64,000 bases of DNA from Okamejei kenojei (taxonomy: Eukaryota), in contig CM069138.1 in assembly GCA_035221665.1 (NCBI GenBank), forward strand, positions 22,630,001 to 22,694,000, in the 5' to 3' direction. A program made the translations under genes and the position numbers. The notes below the pieces were generated by a model. That model worked only from the letters and a program-made list of their open reading frames with translations. It searched no databases and was not told the DNA's origin. Below, piece after piece: positions 24,585 to 37,560 of the stretch; the stretch's first letter is position 1, and each line of letters starts with the position of its first letter.

Positions 24585-26055
24585 ATTTCCGGACATTTAC
24601 GGACATTTTCAACCTCTCACTTCTGAGGTTCCCACCTGCTTCAAAAGGCCATCATTATACCAGTGCCCAAGAAGAGCAAGGTGACGTGCCTCAATGACTA
24701 TCGACCTGTGGCACTAACGCCTGTGGTGATGAGATGCTTCGAGAGGTTGATCATGGCGCAAATCAACTCCTACCTCGACAAAAACCTGGGCCCACTGCAG
24801 CTTGTTTCCCGACACAACAGATCAACGGTGGATGCGATCTCGTTGGCTCCCCACTCCGCTCTGGACCACTTGGAAAACATTAACTCATATGTCAGGCTGT
24901 CAATTAATCGATTACAGCTCAGCATTTAATACTATCATCCCCTCGAAGCTGGTTACCAAACTCGCAGAACTGAGTCTCTGCGCATCCCTCTGCAATTGGA
25001 TCCTCCACTTTCACATTCACAGACCACAGTCTGTTCGTATTGGTGGAAATGTGTCAGACCCGATAAGAATCAGCACGGGAGCACCTCAAGGCTGCGTGCT
25101 CAGCCCCCTGCTGTACTCACTCTTTACTCATGACTGCGTACCCGGTCATGGTGCGAACTCCATCATCAAGTTCGCTGACGACACCACTGTAGTGGGACGT
25201 ATCAGTGATGGGGATGAGTCAGAGTATAAAAGAGAGATCGAGCAACTGCCCATATGGTGGCAGCACAATAACCTGGCCCTCAACACCACCAAAACCAGGG
25301 AACTGATTGTGGACTTTGGAAGGAGTACGATAGGGACCCACAGTCCCGTTTATATCAACAGGTCGATGGTTGACAGGGTCAAGAGCTTCAAATTCCTGAG
25401 TGTGCACATCTCTGAAGATCTTTCCTGGTCCGAGAACACTGATGCAATTATCAAGAAAGCACATTAGCGCCTCTACTTCCTGAGAAGATTACGGAGAGTC
25501 GGTTTGTCAAGGAGGACTCTCTCTAACCTCTAGAGGTGCACAGTAGAGAGCTTACTGACCGGTTGCATCGTGGCTTGGTTCGGCAACTTGAGTGCCCTGG
25601 AGAGGAAAAGACTACAAAAAGTAGTAAGCACTGCCCAGTCAATCATCGGCTCTGACCTTCTGTCCATCGAGGGGATTTATCGCAGTCACTGCCTCAAAAA
25701 GGCTGGCAGTATCGTCAAAGACCCACACCATCCTGGCCACATACCCATCTCCCTGCTACCTTCAGGTAGAAGGTACAGGAGCCTGAAGACTGCAACGACT
25801 AGGTTCAGGAATAGCTACTTCCCCACAGCCATCAGGCTATTAAACCTGGCTCGGAGAAAACTCTGAACATTAATAATCCATTATCTGTTATTTGCACTTT
25901 ATCAGTTTATTTATTCATGTGTGTATATATTTATATAATGGAATGGACGATGGAGTCTGTTTTATAGTCAATGCCTACTATGTTCTATTGTGCTGAAGCA
26001 AAGCAAGAATTTCATTGTCCTATGACAATAAACTCACTTGAACTTGAATTTGAAC
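24585..26055 (+). mobile_element. Rex1/Babar-clade LINE, 5'-truncated
   Basis: [49 protein letters not shown]. The 3' end has tgacaataaa plus (ttgaac)n. Confidence 0.85.
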
Positions 26056-26291
26056 TGTCCAAGTCACCCTGGATTCTCATAGCATCCTCCTCACAGTTCA
26101 CACTGCCACCCAACTTTGTGTCATCTGCAAATTTGCTAATGTTACTTTGAATCCCTTCATTCAAATCATTGATGTATATTGTAAATAGCTGCGGTCCCAG
26201 CACCGAGCCTTGCGGTACCCCACTAGTCACTGCCTGCCATTCTGAAAGGGACCCGTTAATCCATACTCTTTGTTTCCTATCTGCCAACCAC

Positions 26292-27191
26292 TTAACCATA
26301 TAACCATATAACAATTACAGCACGGAAACAGGCCCTCTCGGCCCTTCCAGTCCGTGCCGACCATTTTTTTTCCCCTAGTCCCATCTACCTGCACTCAGAC
26401 CATACCCCTCCATTCCCTTCACGTCCATATACCTATCCACTTTACTCTTAAATGTTAAAATCGATCCTGCCTCCACCACTTCTGCTGGAAGCTGATTCCA
26501 CACAGCCACCACCCTCTGAGTAAAGAAGTTCCCCCTCACGTTACCCCGAAACCTCTGTCCCTTAATTCTCATGTCATGCCCTCTTGTTTGAATCTTCCCT
26601 ACCCTCAATGGGAAAAACGTATCCACGTCAACTCTGTCTATCCCTTTCATCATTTTAAAGACCTCAATCAAGTCCCCCCTTAACCTTCTGCGCTCCAAAG
26701 AATAAAGACCTAACTTGTTCAACCTTTCTCTGTAACATAGTTGCTGGAGCCCTGGCAACATTCTAGTAAATCTCCTCTGTACTCTCTCTATTTTGTTGAC
26801 ATCCTTCCTATAACTAGGCGACCAAAATTGTACACCATACTCCAGAATTGGTCTTACCAATGCCTTGTACAATTTTAACATTACTTCCCTACTCCTATAT
26901 TCAATGCTCTGATTTATAAAGGCCAGCACACCAAAGGCTTTCTTTACCACCCTATCTACATGCGATTCCACCTCCAGGGAACTATGCACAGTTATTCCTA
27001 GATCCCTCTGTTCCACAGCATTCTTCAATTCCCTACCATTTACCATGTACGTCCTATTTTGATTTGTCCTGCCAAGATGTAGCACTTCACACTTATCAGC
27101 ATTAAACTCCATCTGTCATCTTTCAGCCCACTTTTCCAAATGGCCCAAATCTCTCTGTAGATTTTGAAAATCTACTTCATTATCCACAACA
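26292..27191 (-). mobile_element. CR1 LINE (family B) 3' end, running into an N gap
   Basis: ORF 26375-27112 (RPILEYGVQFWSP..GNFFTQRVV) with a (taaccata)n tail. Confidence 0.9.
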
Positions 27192-27319
27192 NNNNNNNNN
27201 NNNNNNNNNNNNNNNNNNNNNNNNNNNNNNNNNNNNNNNNNNNNNNNNNNNNNNNNNNNNNNNNNNNNNNNNNNNNNNNNNNNNNNNNNNNNNNNNNNNN
27301 NNNNNNNNNNNNNNNNNNN
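27192..27319. other. Assembly gap (other gaps at 56246-56495 and 56541-56742)
   Basis: Runs of N. Confidence 0.99.
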
Positions 27320-28231
27320 ATTGCATTTTACCATCGTACAAATGTTAAGATCTTGTTCCGGCGTATGTCCAACAAAACAGTAACAATTTCAAAAATGACC
27401 AGTCAAAATATTACCTAAATTGAAAGAGGTGTTGTACAAAAATCAAAATTGATAGTGCACGCGAGTCATTATTGAAAACAACAACAAGAATAACAGAATT
27501 ACGCAAAACATCTCTTGTATTCTACAAATTCCACAGGGCTAGTATCATATAAGGAATCAAACTTGCAAAAGGAGTTAATTCTAAACTGGGCCCCAAGATT
27601 CAAAATGTTGACATTATCGTTACACTTCTCTATCCATGTCAGCACTCTACCCCCAATATCATGTGCCCTAATTTTGCGGGACCTTATCAAATGCTTTCTG
27701 AAAGTCCAGGTACACTACATCCAATGGCTCTCCCTCGTCCATTTTCCTAGTTACATCTTAAAAAAATTCCAGAAGATTAGTCAAGCATGATTTCCCCCTC
27801 ATAAATCCATGCTGACTCGGACCGATCCTGCTATCCAAATGTGCGGCCATCTCATCTTTTATAATTGACTCCGACATCTTCCCCACCACCGATGTCAGGA
27901 TAACTGGTCTATAATTCCGTTTTCTCTCTCCTGCCTTTCTTTTTTTTGTAAAATATTTTTATTAGAAGTAATTACATATTAAGAAGAAATATAAAATCCA
28001 ATTAAAGCAAAAGAAAATATTATCGTCACATACATTCTTAATATTTTTAAAATTTACAATCAATCTTATTTGCACTTCTATAATTTTCTTTTTTATTTTA
28101 TAGCAGTAGGAAATAAAAAAGGGAAAAAGAAGAGAAAAAAAAGAGAGATAAACTAATTGAGTGGAGTATTAAACAAGATATTCTTCAATGGAGATATATT
28201 TATGATCTATTGTCTATAATTCTTCATCCAT

Positions 28232-31200
28232 TCATACATTCAGGCTTCCGTCATGGCTTCGAACCGGACCATCTTGACCCTTTAAATATTCAATAAATGG
28301 AGACCATATTCCTCTGAACTGGTCCAGCCTGTCCATCAGGACAAGCCTTAATCGTTCCAAGTGCAACGTCTCCGACATTTCTGTAATCCACATTTTAGTT
28401 GTGGGGGAAGTAGGACCTTTCCAAAATCTTAGTATTAATTTTTTACCAATTATTAAACTATAACCGATAAAAATTATTTGTTGTGTTGTTAATATCTGAT
28501 TTGTTTCTAGTATTCCCAGTATAATTAGTTTTGAGTCTGGAGTCAACTTTGCATTAACTACAATTGAGATTATCTTAAAAATCTCTATCCAAAAATTAGT
28601 GATTTTTATACATTTTGTGAATGAATGCGTTAAATTAGCTTCTAATTGTTGACACTTATCACATATTGCGGACACATTTGAGAAAATTCTATTTAATTTG
28701 GACTTTGAGAGATGTAATCTATGTATAACTTTAAATTGTATCACGGAGTGTCTAGCATTTAATGAACAATGATGTATATATTGTAAACTTTCATTCCATA
28801 CTTCTCTACTGATTACTTGACCTAGTTCATTTTCCCATGCTTGTCTACATTTATCCGTATTTGGTAAGTCATTTTCCAATAAAATATTATAAATATATGA
28901 TATTAATTTCTCTGTATTCGGATGTTTATTTAAACATTCGTCTAAAATTTCTGTCTTTCTATTCCTTAAATCCAGTGTGTTTGATTTAACATAATCTCTA
29001 ATTTGTAGATATCGAAAATATTCTTTAAAATGTAATCCATAATTTTGTTGTAATTCCTGAAATGAGATAAATAAGTTTTCCCTGTAAAGATCACCGATCT
29101 TATTTATTCCATAGTTCTTCCATTTTAAGAAACCTTTGTCCATCAGTGAAGGTTTAAAATAAATATTGTTTACTATTGGAAGAGCTAGTGGTACATTCTG
29201 TAATTTTAATGTTTTTTTTAATTGTTTCCAAATACGTATTCCACTTTCTATTATTGGGTTTTCTTTATAAGTTTTCTTATGTATTGGAGTATTAGCAAAT
29301 AAAATCGAACTAATTTCAAAAGGGATACAGTCTTCTTTTTCCATTTTTAACCAATTTGGTTGTTTATCTAGTTCACCCAACCAAAAATTCGTATTTTTTA
29401 TATTAACTGCCCAATAATAAAACATAAAATTAGGCAGTGCGAAGCCACCATTTATTTTTGATTTACATAGATGCTTTTTAATTATTCTATGATTCTTATA
29501 ATCCCAAATAAAATTGGTAACCATGGAGTCCACTTTCTTAAAGAAATTTTTAGGAAGATATATCGGGATCATTTGAAACAAATATAGTAATTGTGGAAGA
29601 AAAATCATTTTTATCGCGTTAATCTTACCTAGCATTGAAATAGGTAATGTTTTCCAATATTGAATATTCTTAAATAGTTTATTCAATAGGGGTAAAAAAT
29701 TAGATTTAAATAATGAATCATATCTTTTTGTTACATAAATTCCAAGATATTTAATTTTTTCATTTGCAATCTTAAAAGGGTATTGTTGTAATATATGTAA
29801 ATTATTTCCCATTATTGGCATAAGTTCACTTTTATTCCAATTAATTCTATATCCTGAAAACGATCCAAATTGAGTTATTAAATCTAACAAGTTAGGAAGA
29901 CTAATTTCTGGTTTTGTGATATAAAGTAATACATCAGCTGCGTACAATGAGATTTTATTTTCAGTTTCCTTAGTTTCATACCCATATATTTCAGGGTTTG
30001 ATCTCACAGATTTTGCTAATGGTTCTATTGCAAGTGCAAACAGTAGTGGAGATAAAGGGCAACCTTGTCTACAACCTCGGAATAAGTTAAATTTAGTTGT
30101 TAACACTTGGTTAATTAATATTCTAGCTGTTGGTCTAGTATATAGTAATTTAACCCATGTTATAAACTTCTCTCCCAATTGAAAAAATTCCATAACCGAA
30201 AATAAGTAAGACCATTCAATCTGATCAAAAGCTTTCTCTGTGTCCAACGAGATAATTGATAAATCCTTATTAATATTTCTTTTTGAATATATAATATTAA
30301 ATAATCTCAGATTGTTTGAAGAGTATCGTTTTGGTATAAATCCAGTTTGATCTGAATGAATTAGTTTATTAATTACTTTGTTTAGTCTTTGTGCTAATAT
30401 TTTTGTTAATATTTTTTGATCAGTATTTAAAAGAGATATAGCTCTATATGACCCTGGGTCATCGAGATTTTTATCTAATTTAGGTATAAGGGTTATAATA
30501 GATTCATTTAATGTATCTGGTAATTTCTGTTGTGTATAAATGTGTCCATATAGTGTCTTCAAACGTGGGGCTATCATATCATAAAATATTTTATAAAATT
30601 CTGTTCCAATACCATCTGGTCCTGGAGTTTTACCATTTTTTAATGATCTAATAGTTTCTTCAATTTCTTTAGTAGTTATTTCGACATTTAATAATTCCCT
30701 ATCTTCTAAATCTAGTCCATTTAGATTACAATTTTTTAAAAATGTTTCTACTCCTATTCGATTTTCTTTTGTTTTAGCTGAGTATAAATTTTTATAATAT
30801 TGCAAAAATCTCTCGTTTATATCTTTAGTTTGTATTAGTAATTCTCCTTTATCTGATTTGATCCTATATATTAATTTTTCTCCTTCCAATTTTCTTAACT
30901 GACGAGCCAATAGTTTATGTGGTTTATCACCGAATTCAAATTGTATTTGTTTGGTATATTGGTATAGTTTTACAACTTGATCTGACTGTATTTTATTTAG
31001 TTTATATTTCAATGCAAAGATTTTATTATGTAGTTGGGTTAATGGCGTTCTCTGTATCTAATTGTTTAATCTCTCTTTCCAATGCCTGTTGTGGCTTCCT
31101 ATTCTCTTTATTATAAAATGCTTGAGAAGATATCATAATTCCCCGAACATAGGCCTTAAAAGTTTCCCATAAGATGGATGATGATATTTCTGGTGTATCA

Positions 31201-32055
31201 TTTGTTTCAAAGAAGATCTTGATCTGTTTTGTAATATATTCTTGAGTTATTTTGTCCTTTAAAATTTGTGGATTAAATCTCCATTGATCTTGTTTTTCCA
31301 TTTTACCCGTTATTTTCATCTTAAAAGTTAAGGGTGCGTGATCTGAAATTATAATATTATGATATTTTGAATTATACGTAAGTGGAATAACGTTTTAAAT
31401 CTACCAGAAAATAATCTATTCTTGAATAAGTTTTATGCACGGCAGAGTAAAATGAGTATTCTTGTCCTGTTGGATTTTGCAATCTCCATACATCTTTAAT
31501 ATTACTGGTGTCTATATATGCATTTATTAACTCACTGCAGTGTGATTTAAGATTTCGTTGTTTTGATGATCTATCCAAATAAGGGTCAAGTGTGCAATTT
31601 AAATCTCCTCCAATTATTAGATTATGTTGTGATAATTCAGGGATTGTATTAAATAATTTTTTTTTAAATCGCGGGCTATCAAAATTTGGGCCATATATAT
31701 TAACAAAAATCACTTTTTGTGTATATAATTCTCCTATTACAATAATGTATCTACCGTCACTATCTGTTATTATTGAAGTATGTTTAAATGCAGTACCTTT
31801 ACGAATTAATATTGCTACACCTCTAGACTTGTGTGTAAAAGAAGAGTGATATACTTTATTAATCCATTTGGCTTTTAATCTATGTTCTGCCTCTTTTTTC
31901 AAGTGTGTCTCTTGGATAAACGCAACATCTATTTTAAGTGCTTTTAAATGTGCTAATACCTTACCCCTCTTAATTGGTTCGTTAATACCTTTAACATTCC
32001 AGCTACAAAACGTTATTCCTCCATTCCCCATATTTGTATGTAGGTCTTGCATCAT
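28232..32055 (-). pseudogene. L1 ORF2 (APE endonuclease-RT-Cys domain), broken into three ORFs, with YADD changed to YAAD
   Basis: SWNVKG, IQETH, GGDLN, YSRIDY, KTPGPDG, GCRQGCPLSP, ISLYAADVLL, CDKC..H. Confidence 0.92.
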
Positions 32056-32953
32056 TTATCTAAAGGGATGTATACTAGAGCAAATGGTACAGCTCGACAC
32101 ACCAGACCCTACACCTGAACCCTGAACAGACGAATTTCAAGACTCTTGATTTTCTCTCATATATATATCTCCTTTGTATTAATTGATGATTCCACTCAGA
32201 TATAAAGTAATAATAGTAATAATCAGAAATAGTTGTAAAAAAGGGATAGATTAAGAGATTAGTAAAGTGCTCAAAGAAAGAAAAAACTACATCTAGTATG
32301 TGTGTAGTTAGTGTTAGCCATACTAACATGGCTAGCAGTCTAAGGACTTCCGTGTTGAATGTTAAATGTTATCCATCTCCATGATTCAGTAAATTAATAT
32401 TACAAAAAAAAAGAGATTATTATTTAAACCGGGGATATTAAACTATGATATATAAAAAGTTCATAGTCAGGTATAATGGTATATATACGTAGTACTTAAT
32501 AGAAAATTATAATAATATAAACATATAATAAATGAGAAAAAAAAAGTCTAAAGTTAAAATGATATATATTTATATTTACTATTTACTTAATTCTAGGTTA
32601 GTCGGTTATAATTAATTATTAATTATCAATCAATGATCAACAATCAATAGTCAACAATCAACAATCAATAGTCAATAGTCAACAATTACTAGCTCTAATT
32701 ATTAACGATACCAGTGTGTTAGATTTAATATATGTTTATGTATGTTAATATATGTTAATTATTAGGTTAGTAGTATTACTATTCTAAATATTAGTATTCA
32801 TGGAACAGTCTTCAATCCAAATCTCCTCGATTCTCCCATCTGTCTCCTTCTCCGTCTTCTTTGGATGAAACAAGTCCATAGTTTATTATAATCTTCAACC
32901 AATCTTGAAAATACAGTTTAATTGTTCCTTTAATTCAACTATGAAGGTTTCAT

Positions 32954-34063
32954 TCAGTCTTCCTCGCTGTCCTTAATCCTTTGGGCAAATTTCAATGCGT
33001 CTTCTGGGTTTTTGAAGTAATGCTCTTCCTGATTGTAAGTAACTCTCAGTGTTGCTGGGTATCTCAAAGTATACTTCAGATTCTTCACTTGCCTCAGGAT
33101 GCTTTTGGTTTCATTAAATGCATTCCGTTTCTTAGAGACCACTGCTGGATAGTCTCGGTAGATACTGATTGAGTCTTCTTCGTATTTAAGATTTCTGCTT
33201 TTTACCACTTTATTCATCATATCTTCCAAAACATAATCATATTGGACTTTGACTATCATTTGTCTTGGAGGATCACCGTGCTTTGTATAACGTCTCATAA
33301 CTCTGTGTGCTCGGGCTATCAAAGGTTTTTCTTCCAAAGATAAAACCTTTTGTAGTAAGTTTGCAGTAAATTCTCGGGTATCTTGATTCTTTTCTCTCCC
33401 TTCTCGAATACCCATGATCCTTAGATTCTGCCTTCTCTGGCGTCCTTCCAGCTCAGTACACTTATCAGTAACTTTGGCCAGTAAGTCAGATAGTCGTTGA
33501 CTTTCTTTGACGATAGTTTTCATAGTCTGAGTATTTGTTTGGACTGTTTCCTCAAGGTATTTTATGGTTGTTGATTGTAACACCATTTCTTCCAGCACTG
33601 GTTCCATTTCTTTTTCCACTTTTGTTTCAATTTTTTCATGCAGCTCTTCCATTATACTTGCAAATTTTTCGGTCACAACTTCAGTAATTTCCTTTCGGAG
33701 CTTTTCTGATAAATCCGTGGCCAAGAGATTAATTTCAGATTTTAACTCCTTCATCTCAATCTTGATTTTCTTTATTTCTTCCATAAAGTTCATTTTTTCC
33801 AGTTCCACCTTTAATTCAGACTTCACTTCTTTCTTTAATTCTGCCATTTCTTGCATAAATTTTTTTTTAAGTTCTTCCAGTTCCGATTTTTTTTTCGATT
33901 TTTTTAACACATATTCAAGGGACTGTATCCTACCTGAGGCCGAGGCTTCAGTCAGGCCTTGTTCCTGTTCAGACATTTTTTTTTTAAATCGGAGTTTGGG
34001 TCTCTCCGGTGGTGGGCTGCGGTGCATTGACATTACGGTCGCAGATCTGATGACGTCACTCAC
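32954..34063 (-). CDS. L1 ORF1p (coiled coil + RRM + CTD)
   Basis: A long coiled-coil region, then LEGRQRRQNLRIMGIREG, RAHR, PPRQMIVK, IYRDYP and YPATLRV. The start codon is uncertain. Confidence 0.85.
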   Translation of the reverse strand: MSDVIRSATVMSMHRSPPPERPKLRFKKKMSEQEQGLTEASASGRIQSLEYVLKKSKKKSELEELKKKFMQEMAELKKEVKSELKVELEKMNFMEEIKKIKIEMKELKSEINLLATDLSEKLRKEITEVVTEKFASIMEELHEKIETKVEKEMEPVLEEMVLQSTTIKYLEETVQTNTQTMKTIVKESQRLSDLLAKVTDKCTELEGRQRRQNLRIMGIREGREKNQDTREFTANLLQKVLSLEEKPLIARAHRVMRRYTKHGDPPRQMIVKVQYDYVLEDMMNKVVKSRNLKYEEDSISIYRDYPAVVSKKRNAFNETKSILRQVKNLKYTLRYPATLRVTYNQEEHYFKNPEDALKFAQRIKDSEED

Positions 34064-34677
34064 GGCAGCCGGTGCAGAAGCAGCAGATGCAGAAACAGCA
34101 GGAGCAGCAGGTAAGTTTTTTCAGCGTTTTCTCCCCGTTTTTTTCCCGTTTCTTCACGGAGGTGGCTGGCGTTGCCTTCTACTCCTCCATAGCGCCACCG
34201 GAAGTCTCTCCCGCCTTTCTTAAAAAGTGGGATAACATTAGCTACCCTCCAATCCACAGGAACTGATCCTGAGACTAGATAACATTGGAAAATTATCACC
34301 AATGCATCCACGATTTCTAGAGCCACGTCCTTAAGTACCCTGGGATGCAAACCATCAGGCCCTGGGGATTTATCAGCCTTCAATCCCATCAGTCTATCCA
34401 ACACCATCCAACGGGTAATCAATGGTCGGCATGGGCTCCGTGTTCCGAAGTGCCTGTTTCCATGCTGTATCACTACATGACTAAACTAAACTAAACTAAA
34501 TCCTCAACACCTCTGGTTGCTTTGTGTTCCCTGATCCTACTATCCTTACTTTTCACTTCTCCAGGATTGTGAGCTCTGACACTGCACAAATCTCATTAGA
34601 AGACTCCCACTATTTGTATGTTGTATGTCCTCCGCATCAATGGTCTCCCTTTCCATAACAGTCTTGATACTTAAAGC

Positions 34678-34735
34678 AAAATAACACCAATAAAATAACA
34701 CCAATAAAATAACACCAGCAAAATAAAACCAATAA
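34678..34735. repeat. Short tandem repeat (aaaataacaccaat) x3-4
   Basis: Visible directly in the sequence. Confidence 0.8.
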
Positions 34736-35491
34736 TATAATCCATTGCTAAAAAGAAAAATTCCTGGAAGAAGTCAGCCTGTCAGGCAGCATATGTCGAC
34801 CAGTCTGGACCCCAAACTTCAACTGTCCATTTCCCTTACCAGTGGTTGCCTGATATGCCGAGTTCCTCCTGCATTTTGTTTATTTCTCCACATTCCAGTA
34901 TCTGCCATCTCTTGTGTCTCCATGCTCCAGGGACACTGCTACCATTAGCCCAGCCTTATTTCCCAAGATTAGGTCCAGTACAGCCAATAGGACTATCTAT
35001 ACATTGGCTGAACTCTCCTGGGTGCACTTTACTAATTCTTCCCCATTTAAACCCTTTGCACAAATGCACTCTCTGTCAATATTGGAGAACTATAAATCCC
35101 CCACCATTATAACCCTATTGCTCTTGTATTGGATGTGGATCATTGGCTTAAAGAATGACCTGCAATACAATTTGCTCCATTTGGGGAGATTTGTAGGGAA
35201 GATGCAGTTGTAAAAAAAACCAGAGTGTAACAGCAAGAACTTTCAACTTTCAACATCAGGCCCTACGACCCATGATGTCTGCACTAAACATGCCAGCTAC
35301 TTAAACTAATCTCTTCTGCCTGCACACCCCTACATTTCCTGCATATTTTCTTGCCTATCTAAAAGGTTCTTAAATGCAACTATATTATCCACAATTATCA
35401 CTGACAGTACATTCCAGGTGCCTAAATATTGTAAAAAATTTTGTATCTTCTTTAAATTTTTCTCTTTTCACCTTAAACCTAATGTTTAAGA

Positions 35492-35720
35492 GTGGCATGG
35501 TGGTGCAGCGGTAGAGTTGCTGCCTTACGGTGCCTAAGACCTGGGTTTGATCCTGACTACGGGTGCTGTCTGTACCGAATGTGTACGTTCTCTCCATGAC
35601 CAGGTCGTTTTTTTCAGAGATCTTTGGTTTCCTCCCATACTCCAAAGACATATAGGTTTGTTGACTTGGTATCAATGTAAAATTGTCCCTAATGTGTGTT
35701 GGATAGTGTTAATGTATGTA
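35492..35720 (+). mobile_element. V-SINE (HE1-like)
   Basis: ggcatggtggtgcagcggtagagttgctgcctta..ctgggtttgatcctgact head plus the conserved core. Confidence 0.8.
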
Positions 35721-35750
35721 TAATCTGCTGGATCTTCTGGCAGCCTTCTT

Positions 35751-35981
35751 CAGTTGAAAAGGAGAGGCAAAGCACAGGCAGACTTAACTCAGAGCTCCCG
35801 TGGATTTGGAAGAAACAGCAACAAAGAGAAGCAGGAAAAAGCACTGATTGGCTCTAGCCTGTGTGGGAGGAGAGTTAGCAGTGAGTCAGAGGGGGAAAAC
35901 AGTTGAAAAGGAGAGGCAAAGCACAGGAAGACTTAACTCAGAGCTCCCGTGGATTTGGAAGAAACAGCAACAAAGAGAAGC
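35751..35981. repeat. 82-bp direct repeat pair (period 149 bp)
   Basis: 35751-35832 and 35900-35981 are nearly identical. Confidence 0.9.
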
Positions 35982-36019
35982 TGCCAGAGGAGGTAGCTGA
36001 GGCATTATCCCAATGACTA

Positions 36020-36636
36020 GGCTACCATTGACTCCACAGTTAAAAAGGCACAACAGAGGATGTACTTCCTATGGCAGCTGAGGAAGCAGAATCTGCCACA
36101 GGCAATGATGGTCCAATTCTACACGGCTATCATAGAGTCTGTTCTCACCTTCTCCATCATGGTCTGGTTTGGCTCAGCCACCAAGCACGACACCTGGAGG
36201 CTGCAGCGAATTGTCCGATCAGCTGAGAAGGTTATTGGCTGCAACCTTCCCTCCATTGATGAACTGTACACTGCAAGGGCCAGGAAGCGAGCGGGCAAGA
36301 TCATCTCTGACCCCTCTCACCCTGGCCACAAACTCTTTGAATCACTTCCCTCTGGAAGGCGACTCCAGACATGAAAACAGTTTTTATCCACTAGCAGTGG
36401 TTCTACTCAACAGCCAAAATTCTGTAGCCTCCCTTTGATCTGGTATTTTTTTTCGTTCACATGCTTGATCAATGATGTTTTATCATTAATATTTTATGAT
36501 TATTAATGTTTAGTGTTTTCGGAGTCATTCGTAACTGTCACTGCATGTCATGTTGTTATGTGGGCGGAGCACCAAGGCAAATTCCTTGTATGTGAATACT
36601 TGGCCAATAAACTTACTTACCTACTTACTTACTTAT
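36020..36636 (+). mobile_element. Rex1/Babar LINE 3' end
   Basis: KKAQQRMYFL..FYTAIIESVLT..WFG..HPGH..LPSGRRL, with a (TTAC)n tail. Confidence 0.85.
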
Positions 36637-36714
36637 ACTCATGGAAAGTGTGATTTGTCTGGAAACAAACCTTTTCAATATATCTCAGCACACATCACAA
36701 TACTAAACCCACAC

Positions 36715-37560
36715 CGACTTGCTTTCATTGGTCGTAGTGTTGAGTATGAAAGTTGACATGTCCTCTTGCAGCTTTATAAAGCCAGTTAGGCCTCATTTAG
36801 TATTGTGTGCACTTCAGGTCACTCCATTACAGGAGGCTTTGGTGATGGAGCAGAAAAGGTTCACCTGGATCTGTCTGTGTATCAGCTATAAGGAGAGGTT
36901 GGACATCTTGTTTTGTTTTCTCTGGGGCATTGGGGGCTGAGGAGTGACCTGATAGTTTATAAAATGATGAGAGGCGTAGATAGAGTAGATGAACGGCCCT
37001 TTTCAAGAATGAAAACATCAAATATCAAATATGCGAAGTGGCGGCACCTAACGGTAACGACTCGTCTACAGTCCGTCTGTCTTTTTAAAAAAATTTTGTC
37101 CTGTTAGATGTATGTTTTTTGTTCTAATTTTTAAGTCTGTAGAAGGGTTTTGGCCCGAAACGTTGCCTATTTCCTGCGCTCCATAGATGCTGCCGCACCC
37201 GCTGAGTTTCCCCAGCAATTTTGTCTACCAAGGGAAGAGATAAGACTTTTGCCTTCCATCACAGTGAGGAGATGTTGGAGATTCACTGTGATGGATGTTT
37301 GTGTCAATTGTGTCAAGTGTGTGACCTGATAGTTTATAAAATGATGAGAGGTGTAGATAGAGTAGATTAACAGCCCTTTACAAGAATGAAAACATCAAAT
37401 ATTAGAGGACAAAGCTTTAAGGGTGAGTGGGTGAAAGTTTAAAGGAGATTTACAAGGTCTTTTTTTTTTACACAGAGTGGTACTGCTGATGTAAGTGGTG
37501 AAAGTAGATATTAGAGAATGTTTCAGAGGAATTCAGAAAGACACATCAGAGGGATACCTA
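36715..37560 (+). mobile_element. Degraded CR1 3' region containing an insertion (37026-37320) between 82-bp duplicates
   Basis: LAFIGRSVEY, VRPHL and YKMMRGVDRVD remnants. The duplicates are 36944-37025 and 37321-37402. Confidence 0.75.

Larger units (their letters stand above)
27942..34204 (-). mobile_element. Full-length L1-clade LINE (ORF1 + disrupted ORF2)
   Basis: 5' end CTTCCGGTGGCG, short poly(A), a 17-bp TSD tctctcc(t/c)gcctttctt at 27925-27941 and 34205-34221, and a TT|AAAAA target. Confidence 0.95.
23762..34410 (-). mobile_element. CR1 LINE (family A) split into pieces by nested insertions (23762-24584, 26056-26290, 27626-27941, 34205-34410)
   Basis: The RT pieces are collinear: KSPGPDGLHPRVLK, RAHDIGG, GVPQGSVLGP/KFADDTK, and RPHLEYCVQFWSP. 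The 3' tail is (caataga)n. Confidence 0.9.

Noticed and set aside
33564-34223. 219-aa Ser/Phe/Ile-rich plus-strand ORF
   Set aside because: It is the antisense shadow of the Glu/Lys-rich L1 ORF1 coiled coil.
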